Positions 24,153-32,055 of a stretch of DNA of 34,726 nucleotides are shown piece by piece. Position 1 is the first letter of the stretch. The number at the start of each line of letters is the position of its first letter. A program made the translations under genes and the position numbers. Origin of the DNA: a virus (taxonomy: Duplodnaviria > Caudoviricetes). The stretch is taken from IMG/VR virus record IMGVR_UViG_3300005713_000011, positions 1 to 34,726 of that record; one strand, 5' to 3'. The notes under the pieces are model-generated. The model did not search any database, was not told where the DNA came from, and saw nothing but the letters and a program-made list of their open reading frames with translations.

Positions 24153-26485
24153 ACCGGCTTCGCCCGCAACAGTGCGGAGAAGTCACCGGCGAGACGATCG
24201 AACGATTCCCGCAAGCGCACCGTTTCCGATTTGAGACCATCGATTGCCTCGACGGTTTGCGCGCCGCTCAGCGTCGTCGCCTGCACGATCGGCGAGACGA
24301 TTTCGGTCGACATGCCCGGCGGCGTTTGCAATCGCGTGACGAGCGATTGCAGCGTCGACTCCGCGCCGCCCCGGATCGATTCATAGGCTTGCGTCGTGCC
24401 GAGATACTCGCGCGCGAAGGGGAGGAATTGCGATGTCATCTGCAGATAGGCTTGCGCCTCGGCCGGACCGCCGCCGAGCGCCGCCGCACGCGACCGCTCG
24501 TAATCGGCGAGCGCCGCCGCGTATTGCTGCCCCGGTGCCGCGACCGACCCGGGCCCGTATTGGAACGAGCGGAGATAATCTTGAATCGATCCCACCAACG
24601 GCGCGTTCTGAGCGCTGTACGCCGCCGCCGCGCTCAATTGTCCATAGCCGCCCGCGAGCGCCGCCGCCGCTTGAGGGTTCGACGCCGTGGCACCCTTGAG
24701 CAATGCGACCATCGTATCGGCAACGAGGTCTTGCACGTCGCCGACCGAACCGACGCTGACACGTTGCCCGCCGACAAGTTGAAAGCTCGACGGATCGCGC
24801 GCGCCGATCCAAACGTTCGACAATTGCTTTTGGAATTCGACGCCGAACGCTTTGAGTTGCTCGATCTCGCTTGTGATCGATTGCGCCGCCTGTTGCGCGA
24901 GCGACAGCGTTTGCTGATTGGGTTTGTCACCGCTCAGCGTGAACGAACCGCCGGGACCGAACGTCGCGGTTGCGCGAAAGTTACTCGGCTTGCCGCCGAA
25001 CATGCCGCCGAACAATCCGCCCGCGAGCGCGCCGCCGATGATTCCGCCGACGCCGGGGAAAAGGAGATTGCCGAGCACGGCCCCGGCCGTGCCGCCGATC
25101 GCGCCGCCGGTTTGATTGCCGCCGATCATGCCCGCGATTTGACCGAGACCGAGTCCGGCGAGGCCCGCACCAAACGCACCGATCCCGCCGAAGCCTGCAG
25201 CGCCCGGTGTCCAATTGCCCGTTGCCGCGTTGAAAGACGCGCCGCCGCCGAGCGCGCCACCGAACAATCCGCCAGCGCCCGCGAGACCGCCGAGCAAGCC
25301 CGCGCCGCCGAGGCCTCCACCAATGCCGCCGAGGCCGCCGATGCCGCCGAGCGCGCCGCCCATGGCTCCCAACGCCGACTGCATCAACGGACGCACGAAT
25401 TGCGCCGTGGCGAGGTCCGCGAGCATGCGCGCCCACGCGTTCTTGAAGATCGACAGGAAGTCTTTTAGATCGGCCTCGCCGGTTGCGAAAAACCGTTCGA
25501 AAAAATAACCGCCCTCGTCCGACATGCGGTCGAGACTGTCGCGCCAATAATCCGCCGCGCGTTCCGCCGTCTCCTTCTGTTCGTCAAGGCGACGTTGCAC
25601 GCGCTCGCGTTCGGCCTCGCCCAATTCCTCGCCGTAGCGCAACGCGTCGGCGAGTTGCTTGTCGAGCGCCTCTTCTTCAAGCGCGACTCGCTTGTTGATC
25701 CGCTCGCGGTCGGCATCTCCCAATTGCTCGCCGTACTCAAGCGCGGCGGCGAGTTGCTTGTCGAGCGCGTCGTTTTCCAGCTTGATCCGCGCCGCGACGC
25801 GCTCGCGATCCTGCTGCCCGAGTTCCTCGCCGAATTCGAGCGCCGCCGCCAATTGCCGCTGCAATTCCTGTTCAACGCGCGCGTTCTCTTGCACGTCCAT
25901 TTGAGTGTATCGCGACACGCCGCCGAGTTGCGACGGCGTCACGCCGATGTCGGGCAAGCGATTGCTCAAGAGCATCGCGCCGGGGCCGCCCTGCAGCGCC
26001 GTCAACGGCGTTAAGCCCATGCGCGACGCGCGCTCGGCCATTGCCTTCTGACCTTCGGCGTACATGTAGGCGAACGCGTCGCCGGTTTTCTCCGCCGCCG
26101 TTGCGACGAGGCCGAGCACGCCAGCAACCGCCGGAGCGACCGCCGTCGCGAAGCGCTCCCATTGTGCGCTGATCCGCTCGACGGATTTCGCCGCCTCGGC
26201 GTTGTGCTCCGCCGACTCACGGATCAACGCGCGTGTCGTTTGGAGCACGGCCGCCCATGTCGTATAGCGGCCGATCAATCGCGAAAGCGACGCACTCTGC
26301 AGTTCGAGGCCTTCGCGGTGCCGGTCGACTTGGCGGTTCGCCGCCTCGAGCGCGCCGCCCAATCCCGGCACGCGCTTTTGCAGTTCATCGAACGCGCGCG
26401 TGCCCGTGTCGCCGAGCGCCTTGAATTGCGCTTCAAGCTCGCGGACACCTTCCGCCGTCAACCGGAAAACATACGTGCGCGCCAT
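24149..26485 (-). CDS. Tail tape measure protein
   Basis: 778 aa, Ala/Gly-rich and helical, with a Gly-rich hydrophobic segment and three QLAAALExGExLG repeats; position after the chaperones. Confidence 0.8.
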   Translation of the reverse strand: MARTYVFRLTAEGVRELEAQFKALGDTGTRAFDELQKRVPGLGGALEAANRQVDRHREGLELQSASLSRLIGRYTTWAAVLQTTRALIRESAEHNAEAAKSVERISAQWERFATAVAPAVAGVLGLVATAAEKTGDAFAYMYAEGQKAMAERASRMGLTPLTALQGGPGAMLLSNRLPDIGVTPSQLGGVSRYTQMDVQENARVEQELQRQLAAALEFGEELGQQDRERVAARIKLENDALDKQLAAALEYGEQLGDADRERINKRVALEEEALDKQLADALRYGEELGEAERERVQRRLDEQKETAERAADYWRDSLDRMSDEGGYFFERFFATGEADLKDFLSIFKNAWARMLADLATAQFVRPLMQSALGAMGGALGGIGGLGGIGGGLGGAGLLGGLAGAGGLFGGALGGGASFNAATGNWTPGAAGFGGIGAFGAGLAGLGLGQIAGMIGGNQTGGAIGGTAGAVLGNLLFPGVGGIIGGALAGGLFGGMFGGKPSNFRATATFGPGGSFTLSGDKPNQQTLSLAQQAAQSITSEIEQLKAFGVEFQKQLSNVWIGARDPSSFQLVGGQRVSVGSVGDVQDLVADTMVALLKGATASNPQAAAALAGGYGQLSAAAAYSAQNAPLVGSIQDYLRSFQYGPGSVAAPGQQYAAALADYERSRAAALGGGPAEAQAYLQMTSQFLPFAREYLGTTQAYESIRGGAESTLQSLVTRLQTPPGMSTEIVSPIVQATTLSGAQTVEAIDGLKSETVRLRESFDRLAGDFSALLRAKPV

Positions 26486-27118
26486 CTATTCGAATCCCGG
26501 TGTTGCACGGTCGATAAGGTCCGGTATGCGATCGGCCCACCGCCGCGCGAAAAGATCGAACGTCAAACGCGGGCCCGGCCGCACGACCGGCACAAGGATG
26601 AAATAGACAAGACTCTCTTTCGCGCCGCCCTTCACGCGCCCGCGATAGCGCCGCCCCATGAGCAAGAGCACGTTTCGCCGCTTGTGCGCTTCGACGACGA
26701 AGAGGTCGACGCCGGTGCGCCGCGCGAATTCCTCCGGCGTCGGACGATGACCGCCGCGACCGCCGATCCACGCGTTACGCGTCGGCACCGCCAAGTATCG
26801 GCTATTCCGTGCACGGATCGGCGCGCCCTGGTTCAGCGCGTCAAAGATCGCATAAGCGAGCTTGCCGCGCGGGAACACGGACCCCGCCGGGTGCAGCGTT
26901 TCCTTCCCCTTCGCCGGAAACAGTTTCGAGCCGATCGCGTTGGACAACGGCACGCCGAGACCGACGCCCTGAATCTGATCGCGGATTTGCGTCTTCAATC
27001 CGATCGTCGCCGCCCCGACACCGGCACGGACAGCGCTCGCAAGATGCCGCCGCGAGTCGCCTGCGAAGTGACGCGGACCGAACCCGCCGACAAGCTCCGC
27101 CTTGAACCGGATTGCCAT
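26486..27118 (-). CDS. DUF6441-like tail completion protein
   Basis: LKTQIRDQI..GLG..LSNAI, GAPIRARNSRYLAVPT, FILVPVV. Confidence 0.65.
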   Translation of the reverse strand: MAIRFKAELVGGFGPRHFAGDSRRHLASAVRAGVGAATIGLKTQIRDQIQGVGLGVPLSNAIGSKLFPAKGKETLHPAGSVFPRGKLAYAIFDALNQGAPIRARNSRYLAVPTRNAWIGGRGGHRPTPEEFARRTGVDLFVVEAHKRRNVLLLMGRRYRGRVKGGAKESLVYFILVPVVRPGPRLTFDLFARRWADRIPDLIDRATPGFE

Positions 27119-27261
27119 CGCTCAAACTTTTTTCTCGCGGTCCGAACGCCAGCAAAACGACATGCCGACGAGCTCGTCGGCACGCATACGGATCAATATC
27201 CATCGGAGTCAAGAGCGCGCAAAACGCGATCACGGGCGCAGCATTATCAGCGCTTTTCGAC

Positions 27262-27310
27262 TGTCCTATCGCGCCGGACACCGAAAACGCGGAATCGCGT
27301 TTGCTACAAT
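27262..27310 (+). promoter_or_regulatory. Operator site 4 and extended -10 element
   Basis: TGTCCTA-TCGCG-CCGGACA at 27262-27280 has the same half-sites as site 3; TGCTACAAT at 27302-27310. Confidence 0.65.
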
Positions 27311-27335
27311 TCTCGCGTCACCTGATGGAGTCGAC

Positions 27336-27620
27336 ATGTCACGCTTTCAACAAGCCATCGCCATGCAAGCACCGCTCGACCAGCGCTACACACCCACGAA
27401 AGGACGCGCGCGCATGAAACGCAAATTCGTCAAACGCAAGGTCTATGAATTCACGCCGCAAGAACTCGCGGTGTTGGAAGAAGCGCTCGCCGTCGCGAGC
27501 ATCGCCGCGCGCCACGATATCGAGACGCTGAATGGAGCCGACGCGGCAACGCTCGAACCGCACATCGCGCGCGCGCACCGGTTCGAGACCTTGCAGCGCC
27601 GCGTGTTCAAAGGCCGATGA
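27336..27620 (+). CDS. Small moron gene antisense to the tail operon
   Basis: GGAG RBS before the ATG at 27336; alternative in-frame start at 27414 with AAGGA. Confidence 0.55.
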   Translation: MSRFQQAIAMQAPLDQRYTPTKGRARMKRKFVKRKVYEFTPQELAVLEEALAVASIAARHDIETLNGADAATLEPHIARAHRFETLQRRVFKGR

Positions 27621-27706
27621 CGAAAGCGCGCCGGGAACGATGACTTCGGGGTAGCCCGGCGCGCCCTCCTTCCGCTTGTACGCGGGGGCGTCGCATCGCG
27701 GAAGGA

Positions 27707-27940
27707 TTAGAACCAATGGCGCGACGCGGCCGGAATCTCTGTCCCGCCCCCCGCGATGATCTCGTCCAATTTCGCGATCTCGGACGTTATCGCCTCGACG
27801 CTCCCGGTGACGATTTGCTGCACATACGGTTTCCCGACATAGCCCTGCATCCGCTCAAGCTCACCGGCGAGCGCCGCGCGTTGTTCAAGAATCTCGGCCG
27901 TCGTCGGATCGCTCGCCTCGCCGCGTTCGTTCAACACCAT
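27707..27940 (-). CDS. Small acidic helical protein, paralogue B
   Basis: GAGGAG RBS; ELERMQGYVGKPYVQQIV. Confidence 0.7.
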   Translation of the reverse strand: MVLNERGEASDPTTAEILEQRAALAGELERMQGYVGKPYVQQIVTGSVEAITSEIAKLDEIIAGGGTEIPAASRHWF

Positions 27941-27955
27941 GGGTTCGTCTCCTCG

Positions 27956-28216
27956 TTAGAGCCACACGCGCGCGCGCACGGTCGCGGGTTCGACCGGCGG
28001 TCCGCCGCCCTCGATCGCCGCGTCCAGCGCCGCGATTTCCGCCTCGAGTTGCTCGATGCTCGCGACGATGATCTGTTGCACATACGGTTGACCGGCGAGG
28101 CCTTGCATGCGCGTCAACTCGGCGACGCACTCGTCGCGCAGCGCCGTCAATTCTTCGGTCGTCGGTTCGTGCGGATTCGCGACTTCGGTTTCGCCCGCGG
28201 TCGGCTGTTGTGCCAT
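27956..28216 (-). CDS. Small acidic helical protein, paralogue A
   Basis: AAGGAG RBS; ELTRMQGLAGQPYVQQII. Confidence 0.7.
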   Translation of the reverse strand: MAQQPTAGETEVANPHEPTTEELTALRDECVAELTRMQGLAGQPYVQQIIVASIEQLEAEIAALDAAIEGGGPPVEPATVRARVWL

Positions 28217-28220
28217 CGCA

Positions 28221-28481
28221 TCAACTCCTTTTCGTGCGCCTCTTGTACAGCCCGGCGACCCCGGACCGCCGCAACGCGCGATCCCAGCTTTCGAATTCCT
28301 CGACCGTCAAGCGATAGCGCGCGATCGCCTCATCGCGTGCGATCAACCCGCCGCGCACTGCGACGACGACCTTCGCTTTGCGGATGGCCGTCCATCGTTT
28401 CGTGTTGTGCAACGGCAAGTCGGCGACCGTGAGCGGACCATAGGGGCCGATCACATAGCGCGGATTTTCCCGCTTGTTCAT
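28221..28481 (-). CDS. sciP: SciP-like CtrA inhibitor (DUF1153)
   Basis: YVIGPYGPLTVADLP..TKRW..RKAKVVVAVRGGLI..EA..RY.LTVEEF.SW...G.AGL matches the SciP family over its full 86 aa. Confidence 0.9.
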   Translation of the reverse strand: MNKRENPRYVIGPYGPLTVADLPLHNTKRWTAIRKAKVVVAVRGGLIARDEAIARYRLTVEEFESWDRALRRSGVAGLYKRRTKRS

Positions 28482-28771
28482 TTTGGTTTCAAAAGCTCGA
28501 CCACGCGCGCGACAATCACGAAACCGTCCATGAGCGCCGCCGGTTGCTCCGCCATGCCGCCGCGAAACGGCAGGTGCACCAACTCGCCGAAACCGCCGCG
28601 CGAGCGCGACCACAAATCCGCGACCGCGAGCGCCTCGTCGTCGACTAGTTCGGCGATGCTTCGTCGTTCGCAGTCAATCCCGAGTTCTGGAATGGCCCAC
28701 TCGTCGCCCCGTTCGATTTGCTCGAAATCTCGCCGCCGGACGAGGTAAGCGGCGGCGAGTTCGATTTTTTT
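28478..28771 (-). CDS. Tail assembly chaperone, frameshifted T segment
   Basis: The -1 frame is open from the slippery site (KKIELAAAY...LPFRGGMAEQPAALMDGF) and has no convincing start of its own. Confidence 0.7.
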   Translation of the reverse strand, partial: KKIELAAAYLVRRRDFEQIERGDEWAIPELGIDCERRSIAELVDDEALAVADLWSRSRGGFGELVHLPFRGGMAEQPAALMDGFVIVARVVELLKPK

Positions 28772-29346
28772 CGCTCGGACTCGCGCACGCGCGACAGACG
28801 ATCGGCGAACATGCCGATCAACGCGAAGTCGTTTTCCGGAATCTCGGCGAGACATTCGTCGTCGACGCCCGCGCGCGAGCGCTTGAGGTCAACCGCGAAT
28901 CCCTGCCATTGGACGAGGAACGCGCGCGCCGCCTCGATCCCCGCAATCTGCCAATAGGCGGCGTCGTCGCCAACGGCCGTCGCATAGGCGGGAAAATTCG
29001 CGATGACCTCCGCCTCGATCGTCGAAAGATCGCGCATGCCCTCTTGAGCCTCGCGCGCGCGCGCCTCGTCGTCGAAGTCGTCGCGCCACGCGATGACCTT
29101 TTCGCGTTGCCGTTCGATCTTGCGCAACACCGCGTCGAGTATGTCGACCGGCGTCGTGCGCATGAGCGCGCGCACACCGTCGGCGAGCAAATCGAGCAAC
29201 GCTTCGGTGCCGTTGAACTTGCCGCCGCACGCGGCAATCGCGCGCCGCCATTGTGCGCGCTCATGCAGCACGGGCCGCTTGAGCCAATACACCCGGCGCG
29301 CGCCTTCCGGCCCGATCTCGAGTTTTTCCGGTTCGTTGGAAATCAT
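28645..29346 (-). CDS. Tail assembly chaperone G
   Basis: ATG at 29346, two bases after the tail tube stop; contains CGA AAA AAA near its end. Confidence 0.75.
   Translation of the reverse strand: MISNEPEKLEIGPEGARRVYWLKRPVLHERAQWRRAIAACGGKFNGTEALLDLLADGVRALMRTTPVDILDAVLRKIERQREKVIAWRDDFDDEARAREAQEGMRDLSTIEAEVIANFPAYATAVGDDAAYWQIAGIEAARAFLVQWQGFAVDLKRSRAGVDDECLAEIPENDFALIGMFADRLSRVRESERKKSNSPPLTSSGGEISSKSNGATSGPFQNSGLTANDEASPN
28765..28771 (-). other. Programmed -1 frameshift heptamer A AAA AAA
   Basis: CG-A AAA AAA-TCG is in the X XXY YYZ register of chaperone G; a -1 slip enters the ORF ending at 28478. Confidence 0.75.
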
Positions 29347-29348
29347 CT

Positions 29349-30530
29349 TCAACTCACGCAAATCAACAATTCCGAATCCAACCCCGTCGCGCGGAACGGC
29401 AAGCCCTCGACCTGATACCCGTTGTTGTCGCCCGGTTCGTTTCCGGTGTAGCGCAACGCGGGCATGGTGAGCGAAATCTTTTTCGCCGTCGCCGTTCCCC
29501 ATGCGAGCACAAGCGAGCGCGCCGTCTGATTGATCCAATCGGCGAACGCGTCGCGCGTGACCGTGTGCGTCAGACATGGGACGATGCGGCCCGTCATCGA
29601 TCGGAACGTGACTTCGGCCGTATCCTGGCCGAACGCTTGCGCCGGGTCGTCGTACTGCACGACACGGTTCCCGAAATCGATCGAGAAATCGTTGAACTTG
29701 CACGCCGTGTTGCCAAGGCTCGATACCGCGTTCAGGAACGGTTCCGGCGTGTGACCGCTGAAGACCGCCGCGCCCGGCCGCGCGATGTCGTCCGGGATCG
29801 CGGGCAACTGTCCGGTAAACGTAAGGTCCATCGAAACCGGCTGCGACGCACGGACCGCAATCGTGCCGGTTCCCATCATGCCTTTGCCGCGACGACGCCG
29901 CGACAACCCAGCCTGAACGCTGTCGTGCTGATAACCCCAAATCGTGAGTCCCTTTTCCGACAGAGTCAGCGGCGAATAAAGCACGTTCGCCGGGATCGAA
30001 TAGCCCGGGGTTCCCGTCGGGCCCTGCCAATCCGGAGCGACGGTCGCGACTTTGGTCGAGCCCACGTAATTGGTGATATAGCGCCGCTGCCCGCTGATTG
30101 ATCCCGACGTGCCATCGATCGGCATGCCCCGGTAAAACTGATCGACCGCCGACGCGCCCGCCGCGAGAGTGATCGTGCCTGCTGCAACCGCCGCCGCCGT
30201 GCCGACGACCGCCGCCGCCGTTTTCGTTTCGCTGAACGCGCACGCGCGCAAGAGGATGGACCAATCCGGCGGCGTCGTTTGCGGTGTCGGTGCGCCGGTG
30301 AGCCACACCGGCAAACGGAATGACACGCCGCCGCCCGACACGATCGGGGCCGCCTGTGAAATCGATTCCTGCACGTAGCCCTCTTCGAAATTCGCGAAGT
30401 TTGGCGAATAGCCGATCGCGTCGCGGATGCGGATCGCGTCGGCGGCAGGCACGGGGTTTTCTTCCGTCCCGATCACGGCCTCGATCTTGGCAAGCAAGAG
30501 AGCGTTTTTGGTTCTGAAGTCGAGCGCCAT
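29349..30530 (-). CDS. Major tail tube protein with an inserted domain
   Basis: 393 aa; LLAKIEA..GT...PAADAI N-terminus, PDWSILLRAC; position between the terminator and the chaperones. Confidence 0.8.
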   Translation of the reverse strand: MALDFRTKNALLLAKIEAVIGTEENPVPAADAIRIRDAIGYSPNFANFEEGYVQESISQAAPIVSGGGVSFRLPVWLTGAPTPQTTPPDWSILLRACAFSETKTAAAVVGTAAAVAAGTITLAAGASAVDQFYRGMPIDGTSGSISGQRRYITNYVGSTKVATVAPDWQGPTGTPGYSIPANVLYSPLTLSEKGLTIWGYQHDSVQAGLSRRRRGKGMMGTGTIAVRASQPVSMDLTFTGQLPAIPDDIARPGAAVFSGHTPEPFLNAVSSLGNTACKFNDFSIDFGNRVVQYDDPAQAFGQDTAEVTFRSMTGRIVPCLTHTVTRDAFADWINQTARSLVLAWGTATAKKISLTMPALRYTGNEPGDNNGYQVEGLPFRATGLDSELLICVS

Positions 30531-30662
30531 TTCGGTTTTCCTTTCGGGAAAGCGGGTCGGCGGACTGAATCCCTATGGCGCGCGAAGGGGAGAAACGCGC
30601 CATCCCTCAAAGGTGCCGGGAGCCTCGCGAGCCGTACCGGACCGACCCTCGGTATATTCCGC

Positions 30663-31136
30663 TTACGGATAGTTATGTTCGAACGTGTACGGATCGCCCT
30701 CGCGCGTCGCGTAATGCACCAGGAACGAGAGCAACGCGCCTTCCGCTTGCGCGGGGATTTCGGCGGCAATGAAGTCCCCGGCGTCGCGCAATTCGAGCCA
30801 CCGGACGAGGCCGCCCAGACTGATGTCGGATTTGAGTGCCTTGATCACTTCGGCGCGCATGGAATTCACAAACTCGACCGCGACGCCGCCCGAGCCGAGC
30901 GCCGCGACCTGGACCACGAGCCCAAGCTCGTAAAGGTCCATCGTCGAGAAATCATTCAGCGGGATTTCGTCGGCCTCGTACAGAATGGCCGACGGCAAAT
31001 CGCGCTCCTCAAGAGCGGTGCGGCGGTTAAGCTCGACCGTCACCGCTTTGACCACGCCGCCCATTTGCTCTTGCGCCGCGATCGTCTCGACGAGCGCCAG
31101 TACCGCCTCGACGACCAATTGACGGCACGGTTTCAT
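30663..31136 (-). CDS. Tail terminator protein
   Basis: RQLVVEAV...DLPSAIL...ALKSDISLGGLV...YATREGDPY. Confidence 0.7.
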   Translation of the reverse strand: MKPCRQLVVEAVLALVETIAAQEQMGGVVKAVTVELNRRTALEERDLPSAILYEADEIPLNDFSTMDLYELGLVVQVAALGSGGVAVEFVNSMRAEVIKALKSDISLGGLVRWLELRDAGDFIAAEIPAQAEGALLSFLVHYATREGDPYTFEHNYP

Positions 31137-31354
31137 GAGAACACCCCGGCGCGCCACGAAAAGAAAATCACGAGCATCACGACCGCGAACACGCCCGCCG
31201 CCGTGATCCAGGCACACCCCATCGGCTGCATCGGTGCGCGGCGAGAATCGAACATTTCGAGTTCATCGATGCGGGCCGCCGCGCGCGTCATCAATTCATG
31301 GTCCGAACGGTCGCCGAGCGGCGACGGGTTCCGGAGTTGATCCTGCAGCGTCAT
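31133..31354 (-). CDS. Small protein with a C-terminal transmembrane helix
   Basis: ATGA-coupled on both sides; AAARIDELE followed by a hydrophobic segment. Confidence 0.55.
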   Translation of the reverse strand: MTLQDQLRNPSPLGDRSDHELMTRAAARIDELEMFDSRRAPMQPMGCAWITAAGVFAVVMLVIFFSWRAGVFS

Positions 31355-31677
31355 GCGACCGGCGACTCGGCGTAAGCGAGCGTCAGCACGGACCACACGT
31401 CGATTCCGTCCGGCTGCGCCTTCTCGACCTTGTAAAGCACCTTGTCGATTTCGATCGTGTCGCCGCGCGCCGGTGCCGCGACTTCGGACAAGCGCACACG
31501 CACGACGAGGTCGCGCGCCACGATCTCGCTCAAGCCGAACACCATGTCGCGCATGGGGCGGGAAAACAAAGCGACGACGTTCCGTTCCGGCCCGGTGCCA
31601 AGATCGCGATAGACCGCGATCTTTTTCCGTTGCTCGTCGAGAAACAGAACGTCGGCCGCTTCTGTGAACGCGTTCAC
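31351..31677 (-). CDS. Head-tail joining protein (lambda gpFII-like)
   Basis: GTG start giving MNAFTEAADVLF; PARGDTIEID..YKV. Confidence 0.7.
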   Translation of the reverse strand: MNAFTEAADVLFLDEQRKKIAVYRDLGTGPERNVVALFSRPMRDMVFGLSEIVARDLVVRVRLSEVAAPARGDTIEIDKVLYKVEKAQPDGIDVWSVLTLAYAESPVA

Positions 31678-31681
31678 GGCG

Positions 31682-32023
31682 CTATCCCAGAACGTCTTTT
31701 GACGGCCAAATGTAGACCTCGCCGACCGTGTCACCGGACGCGGCGACCGCCGTCGCGTAGCCGATGAACTTGTTTGCCGTTGCCGTCTTGATGGTCTTCT
31801 TGCCCGTGTTGTCCCAATAGATCGCGTCGCCGATCGCCCAGGCTTGTCCGGTCGTCTTCGCGAGCGTGCACACGCCGCGCGTGAGGCACGAAATCACCTC
31901 GTTGAGCGCCGCCTGTTTGGATGCAACGGCGAACAGCATGCCGACGAGCAAGCCGTCGCCGCTCGACACCGCCGCCGGTGCCGGAAGGTCGACATATTCG
32001 CCCGGCTGAACATAGTTTTTCAT
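31682..32023 (-). CDS. DUF2190 family capsid cement/decoration protein
   Basis: MKNYVQPG...VSSGD...G...AIGDAIYWD. Confidence 0.85.
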   Translation of the reverse strand: MKNYVQPGEYVDLPAPAAVSSGDGLLVGMLFAVASKQAALNEVISCLTRGVCTLAKTTGQAWAIGDAIYWDNTGKKTIKTATANKFIGYATAVAASGDTVGEVYIWPSKDVLG

Positions 32024-32055
32024 CCGCGTGACTCCTCTGGATTTTCAACTGACGA

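Noticed and set aside
28645-30603. 652-aa ORF as a single gene
   Set aside because: Its 5' two-thirds overlap the tail tube gene in another frame; the plausible start is the ATG at 29346.
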